From assembly GCA_013416795.1 (NCBI GenBank), contig RQSC01000010.1, positions 149,949 to 213,948 on the forward strand: DNA of 64,000 nt, read 5' to 3'. The notes under the pieces are model-generated. The model had not been told where the DNA came from. It worked only from the letters and a program-made list of their open reading frames with translations, and made no database searches. The position numbers and the translations under genes were made by a program. The DNA is from Prasinococcaceae sp. CCMP 1430. Taxonomy: Eukaryota > Plantae > Prasinodermophyta. Shown here one piece after another: positions 54,031-64,000 of this stretch; positions within the stretch are counted from its first letter, which is position 1; the number at the start of each line of letters is the position of its first letter.

Positions 54031-56249
54031 TCACGCCGCCGCGACTGCCGCCGGGATTGCCGCCGCGTCCGATGCCCGCGCGGCGACCGCCGCCGGCTGC
54101 GCGCACCCCACCGCGCAGCCCGCCGGCGCGACAGCGGGCCTGAAGCCGTGCCTCAGCGCCGCCTCCCACGTGACATCGATGCGGTCAATGTCGATGGCGC
54201 CCACCTCGTGGTGGTCCCAGCCCTCCAGCATGTGCGTGAGCGCGCCCGCGTGGCACGCGAACACGCGCCGCCGGGGCATGAAGAGCTCGCACGCCTTCAC
54301 GTCCGTGGCGGTGTCGGGCAGGTCCATCGCTGCGAGCTCGCCGTACGTGCAATCGCTCCGGTGCTTGGCGATGGGCGGAACGACCACCTGGTGGAAGTGC
54401 GTCCCCGGCGGGGCGCACGCCTGGTCCTTGGCGCCGCACATCTTCCCCACGATCCACGTCTTGCAATCGCCGCCGTCCCGGTGATGCTCGACGCGAACCA
54501 GCAGCTCGCGGTGCTCGGGCGCCGCCTCCGCGCGGATGGCCTCGAACCGCTCCACGCTCGACGTGAGCATGCGCACGCGCACGCCGCGGCGGCAAAGCCA
54601 CAGCGCCGCCGCGCGCCCCAGCTTCGACGTCGCGCCCGTCAGGAAGACCTCGCGCACGTCCGCGGGCAGCTCGTGGACCAGGCACGCGGCCGTGAGCGTG
54701 TTGCCGTGCACAACGCGCGTGCGCAGGTCCTTGATGGCCTCCGGGAAGATCACGCCGCCGCCGTTGACGTGCTCCGCCTTGTTGAGCGCGCCCAGCCCGA
54801 ACACCTTCACGCCCTGCGCGTCGGCCTTGCGGATGGCGCGCTCGATGAGCCCGTTGATGCGCCTGCGCTCGAACTTCAGGAAGTACTGAAAGCCGTAGCG
54901 CGGCGTCACCCACGTCTGCACGGGGTGGCCGTTGACGCGCTCCACGTGCGACGGGAAGGCCTCGCCCACCACCCACAGCACCGCCATCGCCAGCCACGCC
55001 AGCGGCCACAAGGGGTACAGGAGCCACGACTCGCTGTAGGGGTTCTTGGCGAAGCCGCGGAAGAACATCGGCAGGTGGAAGGTGCTGAGCAGGTCCGTGC
55101 CGTGCGCCAGGAAGACCGCGTCGGGCACCTCGTAGGTGCGCGCCATCGCCTCCGCCTGCAGTTTGTCGCTGGTCCACGTGCGCCCGTCGCGCTCCATCTC
55201 GAGCGTGCCGCCCAGGTAGTCGTACAGCGGCATGAAGAGGCAGAAGTTGGTGTGCACGCGCGAGTGGTGCAGCGAGTGGTAGCTGGGCGTGTACACCAGG
55301 TAGCGCAGCAGCGGCACCGCCTGGTACAGCCGCACCGGCACGAACTCCCAGTTGCAGTGGCCGATCATATTAAGCGTGTCGAAGGCGATCGTGTACGCGT
55401 AGAACATCGCCATGGACGCCCCCCCGAGGAACCACGTGCCCAGCATGGGGATGGCGAAGTTGGCCGTGTAGCCCAGGTGCTCCATGAACGGGTGGCAGCT
55501 GCCGCTGGTGGGCTCGGTCACGAACGACTTGTGGTGGTGCGAGTGGTACGCGCCGTACAGCGCGTGGTTGTGCAGCGCGCGGTGGAACCAGTAGTAGACG
55601 AACTCGGTGGGGCCAGCGTGCAGCAGCGCGCACTGCGCGAGGCCCGTCCCGTCGTACAGCGCGAAGTTCTTGAAGCCGGGCAGGATCCAGTGCACGGCGG
55701 TCATTACGAGGGCCTGCGAGGAGGGGAGGCACGCGAGGCGTCGTGGGGCGGGGTCGGGTTGGGAGCGGGGCGAGGCAAAGCGAGGCGGGTGGAGGGGCGC
55801 CGCGCGTCAGCGGATGCGCCTGGGATGCGCCTGGCCGCGCCGCGCCGAGCCTCTCTCTCGCGCGAGAGGCCTTCGACCCCGCCCGCCGCTTGCGCCACAC
55901 AAAACCCGCCCCCCCCCACAAAACCCGCCCCGCCCCTCTCTCTGCCCGCGCTGCGCACCTGCAGGATGAGGAAGTCGTCCCAGTTGTCCTCCCTGTCCAT
56001 CTGCTCGAAGTCGATCCCCCTCTTTTGGATGCGGTGCTTGCCGCTGATGGCGTGCAGGCGCGACGCCGTTATGAACAGCTGCGCGAGCGCGTAGCGCACC
56101 GCGACGAGCGTCACCATGTGCCAGCACCAATTGTCGGCGTCGTCGAGGCCGAGCGCGGCGCACGCGGCGAACGGCGCGAGCAGCAGGTACTTGAAGTTGC
56201 CCATCGGCTCCCACGGGAACTCATACATGAAGCCCGGCTTGGACGCCAT
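54031..56249 (-). CDS. ECERIFERUM CER1/CER3-family alkane-forming protein (2 exons)
   Basis: MASKPG..FPW start; His boxes HRALH, HSHHH, HSLHH; WAX2 C-domain VVHGNTLTAA, TGATSKLG, ACHAG; intron 55714-55958. Confidence 0.93.
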
Positions 56250-56315
56250 GGCGACCGGCGCCCCGCGGGCGCGCGTCGGCGCGCGCGCGCGGCAAGTGCT
56301 CGATCCGCCGCCGCN

Positions 56316-56615
56316 CGTGCGATCGGCGAGGCGAACGTGCGGGGGAGGGCGGCGATGGCAGCCGTCTCCGAGGCCGACAGGACCGGCGGCGACGGCACTG
56401 GGCTGTTCGGCCTCCTGACACGCGGCGGCTTCGCCGAGGGCGCGCTCGGGCGTGTCGTCGAGATCCAGCGCCACCGCTTCAACGACGACGACACCGTCGA
56501 CGTCCTCATCGTCGGCCGTGGTGAGTTCGTCGTGCGCGACATTAAGGCGCAGGCCGTCGCGGGGGCTCCACGCGCGCCGCCCCTGCTCGTCGGCGTTGTG
56601 GAATTCGTGCGGTGA
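56316..56615 (+). CDS. C-terminal fragment of a LON substrate-binding (PUA-like) domain protein
   Basis: LFGLL..GALGRVVEIQRHRFNDDDTVDVLIVGRGEFVV...LVGVVEF*, beginning at n 56315. Confidence 0.55.
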   Translation, partial: RAIGEANVRGRAAMAAVSEADRTGGDGTGLFGLLTRGGFAEGALGRVVEIQRHRFNDDDTVDVLIVGRGEFVVRDIKAQAVAGAPRAPPLLVGVVEFVR

Positions 56616-57322
56616 AGCCATGCCACATGCGGGCGCGGCGTGGCCCGGCGCTGCCTGCGTTGCTGTGTTTTTAGTAGTGGCCGCTGGGCTGTACACGTGT
56701 ATGTAACTTTTCGCCAATGTATCTCTGTTTCACTGGGCACACACACGCGCGCATGCTGCCGCGTGTGGTGGGCGCGGCGCGCTCGAGACCGCGCGGCGAG
56801 GGCGGCGCCGTCCGGACGAGTGCGCGTGTGTCAAAACTGTGCGAGCGTGCTGTGCCTTACCGCCGCCGTCCGCCGCGGCGACGCCCGCGTTTCGACCCCG
56901 CGAATTGGGCGCACTTCCGCCTCGCCAATGTTAGGGTTAATCATGTAGGGTTAAAATCGTCGCGCTGCGCACTCCTGTCCGTGTGCTTTTGATTGAAGCG
57001 AGATCAAAGCTGGCGTGAAAAAAGCGATGTCACTCGGAATCGTTCGGTTCGTTGGGAGAAATCGCGGGCGAAAGTGCGGCGCCGCGCGTCGGGAATTGAT
57101 CCAAGACTGAGCTGCGTCCGCGCGGCGGGCGAGGCATTCGGTCGGGAGGAGCCTACACTTGCACAAGTGCTGCCCACCGGCGAAACTGTACTGACTGACC
57201 TTTGCCGTTGGGCGCATTGGTTTGGGTTTTCCGTCGCGCATTTCGGCGTCTTTTCTTCCCGCGTTTCGGCGCGCGCGCGCGCGCCGCGCGGCCTCCGGCG
57301 GGCGGCCGAGGCCNCCGCGGTG

Positions 57323-58150
57323 ATGTCGGCGGACGCCGCCACCTGGGCGAACGCCGCGCTCGAGATCGCCGCGCGGGAGGACTTCGACCAGGCCGCACCG
57401 TCGCCCGAGTTCGGGGTGCGGCTCATGGAGGCGCAGCCGGCGCTGCACACGCTGCACTATGCGTTCACACGCTTTCGCGGCGCGAAGGAGGCCGCCTTCT
57501 GGATGATCTTCAGGCACACGGTGCGGCAGCAGCTCCCACAGGCGCTCGCCAGGGAGGGCATCACCGCGCACAACGGCACGCCCGTGAAATCCGCTCGCGG
57601 TGTGACGGGCACCGGCGCGGCGGACGGCGGAGGTGCCAACGCTGGCGGCGGCGAAGCGTCAAACGCGGCGGATGCACGCGCCGGCGTGGACGCTTCCGGC
57701 GCGACGGCCGAGGCCCCCAGCGGGGCTCGCGAGCCGAACGCGCCCAACGCGGGCGTCATTTTCGCGACCTTCCTTCCCTCACCGGAGATGGCGCTGGACG
57801 CGGCGGGCGCGCTGGATGTGGCGGTCGTCGTGAGTGGAGACGGCTTCGTCGTCGTGCCGCTCGGTGGCGGCGGCGCACCCACGGCGGGCGACGTGGCCGC
57901 CGCAGCAAAGGACGGCGGCGCTGGCGCCGCGGGCGCGCTGGCCGGCGCTCTGGAATTCTCCATCTACAGCGTCCTCAACTTTGCGATCGCCGAGCAGCGC
58001 TTCATTTTCCAGGCGAGTCGCAAGGAGGACAAGGAAATGCGCGTCTACACGCTGGCCGCGCGCGACGCGCTGGGCACGCGGCTTCTCGACTCGGCCGTCC
58101 GAGGGGCCATCGAGATGAAGATGAGGGAGCTCGGCTCGACGCCCAGTGGG
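57323..58150 (+). CDS. Uncharacterised protein with BSD-like N-terminus and PH-like C-terminal region (3' end unresolved)
   Basis: PALHTLHYAFTRFRGAKEAAFWMIF (BSD-like) and LEFSIYSVLNFAIAEQRFIFQA...LDSAVRGAI. Confidence 0.45.
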
Positions 58151-58189
58151 CAGCCCCAACCTGGGCGCGCAGGCGCTGACGACGCGAGC

Positions 58190-59026
58190 GCGCATCGCGC
58201 GGGGCGCCGTGCTCGCGCAGCTCATCGCCTTCGTGGGCTGGAAGGCGTACGGCGGCCGCGCGGCGCCATCGCTCGCCAACGCCGCCGCCGCGGTGGGGCT
58301 CGCCGAGCGGCCGGGCAAGGAGCTCGCGGGCACGACGCTCGAGCTCAAGCTCGACATCGGGCGCGAGAAGTTCACGTGGATGGAGCCGTCGTGGGGCCGC
58401 AGCGGGCGGCGCGTGGAGGTGGGCTGCGCCGTGGAGCTCATGGCCGACGGCAGCGTCGAGCCTCGGGGCGTGGGCGCGTTCTCGCGCCTCGAGCTCGAGC
58501 GCGGCACGTGGAGCGTGGAGGGCGACGTGCTGCGCTTCAATGTGGTGCTCGCGTCGGGCCTGGACAGGGCGGACATCTACCTGCCAGAAGGGGAGAGGCT
58601 GTGCTTCAAGTGCAATGCCTGGCCTTCCGCGCGTGCGGTGGGATCCAAGGGGACGCTGCTCGTGCGGGTGAGGGCGCGCGAGTTGGCGCGCGCGCGCGCG
58701 CGAGTGCGCCGATGCCATCCGCGGAACGATGCGCAGCGGAGCTGACACCCGCGACCACCCCCCGTGCGCTCGCCTGCACTCGCGCGGGCTCTCTCGCGCG
58801 CGTACAGCGCACGCGGTGGCTCATCCGGCGCGAATGGCGCACGGTTGGAAACTTCCGAGCGGCCGTGGTGGAAGCCGGAGCACCCGACGGCGTCGGAGAG
58901 GGCGAGGGCGAGGGCCGCCGCGTTCCCGTGAGCGTCGCACCGGCGCCGCTTCGAATGCGCCAGCGATTCGTTGACCGCGATACCGCGAGGGACGCGCGCG
59001 ACTCTGGCAGCGCGGGCAGCCCGTGA
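58190..59026 (+). CDS. Uncharacterised protein (LDIGREKFTWMEPSWGRSG domain), 2 exons; start unresolved
   Basis: A TM helix followed by a beta-rich domain; intron 58668-58807 joins LLVR|RTRWLIRREWRTVGNF in frame. Confidence 0.55.
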   Translation, partial: AHRAGRRARAAHRLRGLEGVRRPRGAIARQRRRRGGARRAAGQGARGHDARAQARHRAREVHVDGAVVGPQRAARGGGLRRGAHGRRQRRASGRGRVLAPRARARHVERGGRRAALQCGARVGPGQGGHLPARRGEAVLQVQCLAFRACGGIQGDAARAGEGARVGARARASAPMPSAERCAAELTPATTPRALACTRAGSLARVQRTRWLIRREWRTVGNFRAAVVEAGAPDGVGEGEGEGRRVPVSVAPAPLRMRQRFVDRDTARDARDSGSAGSP

Positions 59027-59262
59027 TTGCGCGCCACCGCGAGAGCGGCGGCAAGCGCCGCACGCGCGCGCTCCCGCGCAGCCCGCGGCGGCCACCTCGT
59101 AATCGGCGACTGCTGCGCCAGAGGGAGAACGACGCGAGGGCCCGTGCGCGCGGCGCCATGGGTCGCTCGATAGGAGGCGCGCGCTTTACTCGCCGCGGTT
59201 GCAGCGGTCGGCCCACACGCTCGGCGCGAACGCAGCGCAGCCCGTGTCCCCCTCAATATCTT

Positions 59263-60712
59263 TCACTGGGTCTGGCACTCGGGCGGCTTCTCGACGGGAA
59301 CGTCGCCGATCTTGGCCTTCTTGGCATCGGCGGCGGGCGGGGCGTCGACGGGCGCGGCCGCGCGCTTGGGCGGCACGCCTGCGGCTGCCGGCGCAGCAGG
59401 GTTCGCTCCGGGCGCAGACGGCGCACTGGAGGGATCACGCGCACACGAAACACGCGCGAGAGCGAGGGCGAGCGAGCGAAGGGGCGCCCCGTGTCAGGCT
59501 GGCTCGATGTGACAGGCGGCGCACGAGACCGCGTGGGCGCCCACGCACCCTCCGACCGGCTGCAGCGTAATCTTCTTCTTGTTGCCACCAACAACGCCCA
59601 GATTCTTGACCACCACCGGCCCCTGCGCTCCGTTTGTCCCGGTGAGCTGGGGCTTGTCGAACGCGCCCGCGCCCGCGCCGGCGCTGCCCGCAGCGGCAGC
59701 ATCTGCCTTCTGCTTCTCTGCGAGGGCCGCCGCGTTGGCCGCCTCGAGCTTGATGTCCTCCTCCTTGAGCATGATGTCCTGAAGCACCGCGGCGATGTCC
59801 GCGGCGTCCTCGGCCATGCCCGCGGCGGAGGCCTCCTTGAAAGCGCCCTCGAGGATGGCGCGCGCCTTGGAGCACTCCTTGACGGCCTCGTCGTGGCGCG
59901 GCACCCACTGCAGCGCCATCGCCGTGCGAAAGTGCGCCTGCGCAACGATGAGCTGGTCGGCGCGCGGCTCGGCGCGCTCGTACAGCTGCAGAGCGGTGTA
60001 GTAGTCCTTGAGGCAGCCCTGAAAGTCCTCGCGCTCGAGCGAGTGCTCGCCCAGCGCCATGTATGTGTCTGCAAGCAGCTCGTCGCGCATCTCCACCTCA
60101 CCTGGCGCCGCGCTCTCCCAGAGCGAGCGCGCAACCTCGTACATCTCCCACGCCAGCTGCATGTCACCGCCATCCTCTTCCTCCGGCGCGCCCTGCTTCA
60201 CGCCCGCGCCCTGCTCGGTGCGCAGCTGCACGCCCGCGGCGTGCAGCGGCCGCGGCGCCCTCGCTGCCGCTGCTCCCGCCGGCCGCGGCGCCCTCGCCGT
60301 CGTCAGTGTCCGCAGGCGCCTTCTCCTTGCCCTTGCCCTTGGCGTCGGCGGGACTCACGCCGGCGCCGGCTCCGGCTCCGGCGCCGCTTCCGCCTGCCGC
60401 GCCCGCGCCACTCGACCCTGCCGCGACGCCCTCCCCCGCCTGCTTGAGTTCGTCGCTGCCGAAGACGCCGCTGTCGCTCTGCGCCTTGAGGAAGAGCGCG
60501 CGGCCGTACTTGAGGTAGCTCTTGGCGCAGCGGACGCTTTCGGCGCCCCACTCACCCACGCGCAGCTCGAGCGCGCGCGCGAGAAGGTCGATCGCGTCGT
60601 CGAAGTTCTGACGGTTGATGCACGCGACGCCCTGCTGGTACGCACGCTCGGCGTCGGCGAGCGCGCCCGCGCCGGCCGCCGCCGATCCGCCCGCCCNCTC
60701 GGTTGAAGCCAT
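59263..60712 (-). CDS. NASP: NASP / SHNi-TPR histone chaperone (apparent 1-nt shift near 60240; start uncertain)
   Basis: YLKYGRALF, DMQLAWEMYEVAR, LADTYMALGEHSLEREDF, AQAHFRTAMAL, VVKNLGV; last exon ends EKPPECQTQ*. Confidence 0.88.
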
Positions 60713-60985
60713 TGCGAACTTTGGTGACACGTCCGGCCTTCGAGGTGGGCGTCATTCTCACGCTCATCATGCAGGGTGCGCTGATCGCCGTGCGCGTGGG
60801 CGTCCACCGGCGCGATGACGACAGCACGGCCGTAAATGCCGTTGCGGTGTTGTTCTCGATGGCGTTCGCGCTCGAGCTGGCCGCCAAGATTGCCGCGCGC
60901 GTGCACCCCGTTCTGAGGCTCGAGCTGTGGGGCACGCTCGACGCGGCGGTGATCGTGGTGTCGGCCGTGCTGGACGTGGCGAAGG
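60698..60985 (+). CDS. Voltage-sensor domain S1-S3 fragment (Hv1/VSP-like)
   Basis: FEVGVILTLIMQGALIAV (S1), SMAFALELAAKI (S2 FxxExxxK), WGTLDAAVIVVSAVLDV (S3). No S4 and no ATG visible. Confidence 0.6.
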
Positions 60986-61129
60986 CGGCGGGCGGGGCGC
61001 GGACGGGAGGGGCCGGGGCTGGGGTAAGGCAGGGGGCTTGGTGGGGGGGAGGGAGGGTGGGGGGCCGAGCGGGCAGAAGGCGGGGAGAGAGGGAGTTGGA
61101 GTTTGGGGGGGAGGGAAGCGCCGGGCGCG

Positions 61130-64000
61130 ATGTCCGGCGGGGAGCGCGGCGAGCGAGCCCCCCCCCCGCGCTCGCCGGCGCGCAGCAAGCTCGCCGGCAT
61201 GGTGCTGGGTGGCGCGGTCGACGATCACGAGGACGACACGGCGGTGGCGATCGCCGCCGCGGTGCACATCGCGGAGGAGCGGTCGCGCGCGGCCACCAGC
61301 GCGCGAAAGAGGGAAATGCCGCCGCTGGGCGGCAGGCGCGCCGGCGGCGCGCGAGGCGGCGGCGGCGGTGGTAGTGGCGGCGGCGGTCCTAGTGGCGGCG
61401 GCGGTGGGAACACGCAGCCATCAACGCGACGCGGCACGCCGACCCAAGCGATGGACGTGCCCCTCTCGGCACTCCGCCAAGCGCGCTCCGCGCTGAGCGC
61501 GTCGCTGGACGACCAGATGTCCGGCCTGGGCATGACGAATAGCGCGCCCACGTCGCGCGCGACCTCGCCGCCCTCTTCGGTGCACGGCGAAGGGGCGCAC
61601 ATGTTCAAGGGTTCGGAGAGCGCGCGCCAGCGGTGGGTGTATGCGGTTCAAAGTGTGCAGCGGCACCTCCAGCGATACGGCACGCAGGAAGACGTGCTCA
61701 TGTTCAAGGGGTCGGAGAGCGCGCGGCAGCGGTGGGTGTACGCGGTGGAAAGTGTGAAGCGACATCTCCAGCGACACCGCACGCACGATCTGTCGCGCTC
61801 ACCGCCTGGCGAAGGCGCCAGCCCGCTCGCAACCGGGCACGCTGTGGAGATGCGCCAGGACTTGGGTGCCGGCGAGCACCCGCGCCTCGGACGGCGCGGT
61901 GGCGCGCCCGCAGGAACGCGCTCGGACGCGCACGAGCGTGCCCACGCGCAGGCGCAGACGAACGCGCCGGCGAGCGGACGCGCCGGCAAAGTGCCGGCCA
62001 ACGGCGGTGCCACGCCGCGCGCCGATTTGCCCAGGGTGAAATTGCCGCTGCGGGGTCCCCTCGCGAGTGGTGCGCTTGTGCGCTCCCACGGTCTCTCGCA
62101 GTCGTTTACGACGGCGAGGGCGACCGGGGGCGACATTCTGACGGCCACGGAGCGCCATGCGGGGCGAGTGCAGCAGGGCGCGCGCGCGGTGCGAGGCTCG
62201 GCGCAGATGGTGCGCTCGACGAGCATGGAGCACACAAACACTGCCTTCGACAACGACTGCGACTCGATGGGCGATTGCGACGACGCGCAGGTTGTACTGG
62301 GCGTGTGCGCGCTGAGCAAAAAGGCGCGCTCAAAGCAGATGACGAAGATCCTCGAGCGGCTCACCAACTTTGGCGAGTTCACGGTGAACATCTTTGGCGA
62401 CGAAACCATCCTCGAGGAGCCCGTCGAAGCGTGGCCGATTTGCGACTGCCTCATCAGTTTCTTCTCGGAAGGGTTCCCGCTCGAGAAGGCCGAGGCGTAC
62501 GCGAGGCTGCGCAGGCCCTTCCTGGTCAATGACCTGGCAATGCAGCACGACGTGTTGGATAGAAGGCGTGTGTACGGCGTCCTCAAGGGCGCTGGCATTC
62601 CCGCACCGCCACACATTGTCGCGAGCCGCGACTCGCCCGACTGGGACGAGTCTGACTTTGAAGAGACCGAGGACTCGGTGCGCATCGGCGACGGCAAACG
62701 CATCATGAAGCCCTTCGTGGAGAAGCCGGTGAGCGGTGAGGACCACAACGTGTACATATACTTCCCGCCGAGCGCCGGAGGCGGCTGCAAAAAGCTCTTC
62801 CGCAAGAAGAACGACAGGTCGTCAGAGTACTTTCCCGACATCAACAGCGTGCGGCGCGACGGACAGAGCTACATCTACGAGGCGTTTTTGCCAACTGGCG
62901 GCACGGACGTGAAAGTATATACACTGGGGCCATACTACGCGCACGCAGAGGCGCGCAAGTCGCCCGTCGTAGACGGCAGGGTACTGCGAACCGCCGATGG
63001 CAAGGAGGTGCGCTTTCCCGTCTTACTCAACCCCTTTGAAAAAGAGATAGCGCGCGCAGTCACCTTGGCTTTTGCGCAAATGGTGTGTGGATTCGACCTG
63101 CTGCGTTCGAATGGGCGATCGTACGTGTGCGACGTCAACGGCTGGTCATTCGTCAAGAGCTCCGACAAGTACTACGACGACGCGGCGGGCATTCTGCGGG
63201 CGATGATGCTAGCTGCGGTCGCGCCGCAGAAGCTGACACGCAGGCCATACCCGATCATGCCGCGCAACGGCTCGGACAACTCTATCGCGGGCGGTGGCGA
63301 CGGGTCCGCATCGGACGATGGGACATCCGCCACCGACGGAGGCGACGCCCCTGGTGGCGCGGTGGACGAGCTTCCAGGCAAGGGTAGCAAGCATCAAGAG
63401 CTGCGCTGCGTCCTTGCGGTGATTCGCCACGGCGATCGCACACCCAAGCAGAAGATGAAGATGACCACGCGCCATCCTAAGCTGCTCAAGCTGCTCAAGA
63501 GGCACGGAGGCAAGCGCGGCGAGGCGAAGCTCAAGGCCCCGCATCAGCTTGAGGAGCTCCTGGAGGTCGTGCACGAGCTGATCGCCGAGAAGCGCGCCAG
63601 GCAGTCCAACCGCAGGCGCGGAGACCCAGAGTCGGACTCGGACACCGGTGAGGACACCGACATGCCCATGCGAAAGCTGCAACACCTGTGCTTTGTGCTT
63701 GAGCAGGGTGGGCACTTCAGCGGCATCAATCGGAAAGTTCAGTTGAAGCCACTGAGCTGGTCGACCGAACCAGAGAGCGACTCGAGCTCCGCAGGGGACA
63801 ACGTGACCGCAGACGGGTCCAGCTCAGCGGCCCCGAGCACGCCGCGCAGCGGCGACACGCCACGTGCCGGCGCAAATGGCGGCGGGGATGCACCACGCGG
63901 GCGCTGCACGGAGGCGCTGCTCGTGCTAAAGCACGGCGGGGTGCTGACACCTAAGGGGCGCGCGCAGGCGGAGTTCGCTGGCCGCGCGTTCCGCAGCGCT
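61130..64000 (+). CDS. VIP1: Inositol hexakisphosphate/diphosphoinositol-pentakisphosphate kinase (VIP1/PPIP5K), partial; absent from the ORF track because it runs off the window
   Basis: Hand-translated open frame from ATG 61130: LGVCALSKKARSK, WPICDCLISFFSEGFPL, KPFVEKPVSGEDHNVYIYFP, TDVKVY, HAEARKSPVVDG, VCDVNGWSFVK, phosphatase RHGDRTPKQK. Confidence 0.95.
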   Translation, partial: MSGGERGERAPPPRSPARSKLAGMVLGGAVDDHEDDTAVAIAAAVHIAEERSRAATSARKREMPPLGGRRAGGARGGGGGGSGGGGPSGGGGGNTQPSTRRGTPTQAMDVPLSALRQARSALSASLDDQMSGLGMTNSAPTSRATSPPSSVHGEGAHMFKGSESARQRWVYAVQSVQRHLQRYGTQEDVLMFKGSESARQRWVYAVESVKRHLQRHRTHDLSRSPPGEGASPLATGHAVEMRQDLGAGEHPRLGRRGGAPAGTRSDAHERAHAQAQTNAPASGRAGKVPANGGATPRADLPRVKLPLRGPLASGALVRSHGLSQSFTTARATGGDILTATERHAGRVQQGARAVRGSAQMVRSTSMEHTNTAFDNDCDSMGDCDDAQVVLGVCALSKKARSKQMTKILERLTNFGEFTVNIFGDETILEEPVEAWPICDCLISFFSEGFPLEKAEAYARLRRPFLVNDLAMQHDVLDRRRVYGVLKGAGIPAPPHIVASRDSPDWDESDFEETEDSVRIGDGKRIMKPFVEKPVSGEDHNVYIYFPPSAGGGCKKLFRKKNDRSSEYFPDINSVRRDGQSYIYEAFLPTGGTDVKVYTLGPYYAHAEARKSPVVDGRVLRTADGKEVRFPVLLNPFEKEIARAVTLAFAQMVCGFDLLRSNGRSYVCDVNGWSFVKSSDKYYDDAAGILRAMMLAAVAPQKLTRRPYPIMPRNGSDNSIAGGGDGSASDDGTSATDGGDAPGGAVDELPGKGSKHQELRCVLAVIRHGDRTPKQKMKMTTRHPKLLKLLKRHGGKRGEAKLKAPHQLEELLEVVHELIAEKRARQSNRRRGDPESDSDTGEDTDMPMRKLQHLCFVLEQGGHFSGINRKVQLKPLSWSTEPESDSSSAGDNVTADGSSSAAPSTPRSGDTPRAGANGGGDAPRGRCTEALLVLKHGGVLTPKGRAQAEFAGRAFRSA

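Noticed and set aside
1-64000. Hundreds of overlapping Arg/Ala/Pro-rich ORFs in the track, including long antisense ones (e.g. 30304-32988, 54148-56094, 15800-17803 upstream part)
   Set aside because: Expected shadow ORFs in about 70% GC DNA; they lack family motifs and overlap well-supported genes.
1-64000. tRNA, rRNA or snRNA genes
   Set aside because: No complete cloverleaf or rRNA/snRNA signature recognised by eye; only isolated B-box-like motifs in the copia UTR.

Overview
Gene-dense, very GC-rich (about 70% by eye) eukaryotic nuclear DNA, most likely from a green alga. Support: spliceosomal introns with GTGCG donors and CTGAC branch points, TGTAA poly(A)-like signals, TTTAGGG-type telo-boxes, and plastid-type genes (MSL, PGPP1, DUF1995, NADP-GDH). 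The window holds about 35 genes or gene fragments, including OSBP, USP, a mitochondrial carrier, MscS-like channel, mS35, RlmI-like methylase, TDH, NOT4, AKR, bestrophin, GDH, rhodanese, CER1/3, NASP and VIP1/PPIP5K. One internally deleted Ty1/copia element has matching LTR segments and an ATATG target-site duplication. The strongest novelty is an intronless ORF of about 970 aa (16829-19750) fusing two BtuF/TroA-like corrinoid- or metal-chelate-binding domains to a glutaminase-less asparagine-synthetase-like domain and a Zn-ribbon. The assembly looks like a short-read draft (two N gaps, five single n bases, apparent 1-nt frameshifts and abrupt joins in GC runs), so several other apparent fusions may be artefacts and are flagged. 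All family calls come from motif recognition by eye; no database search was run.
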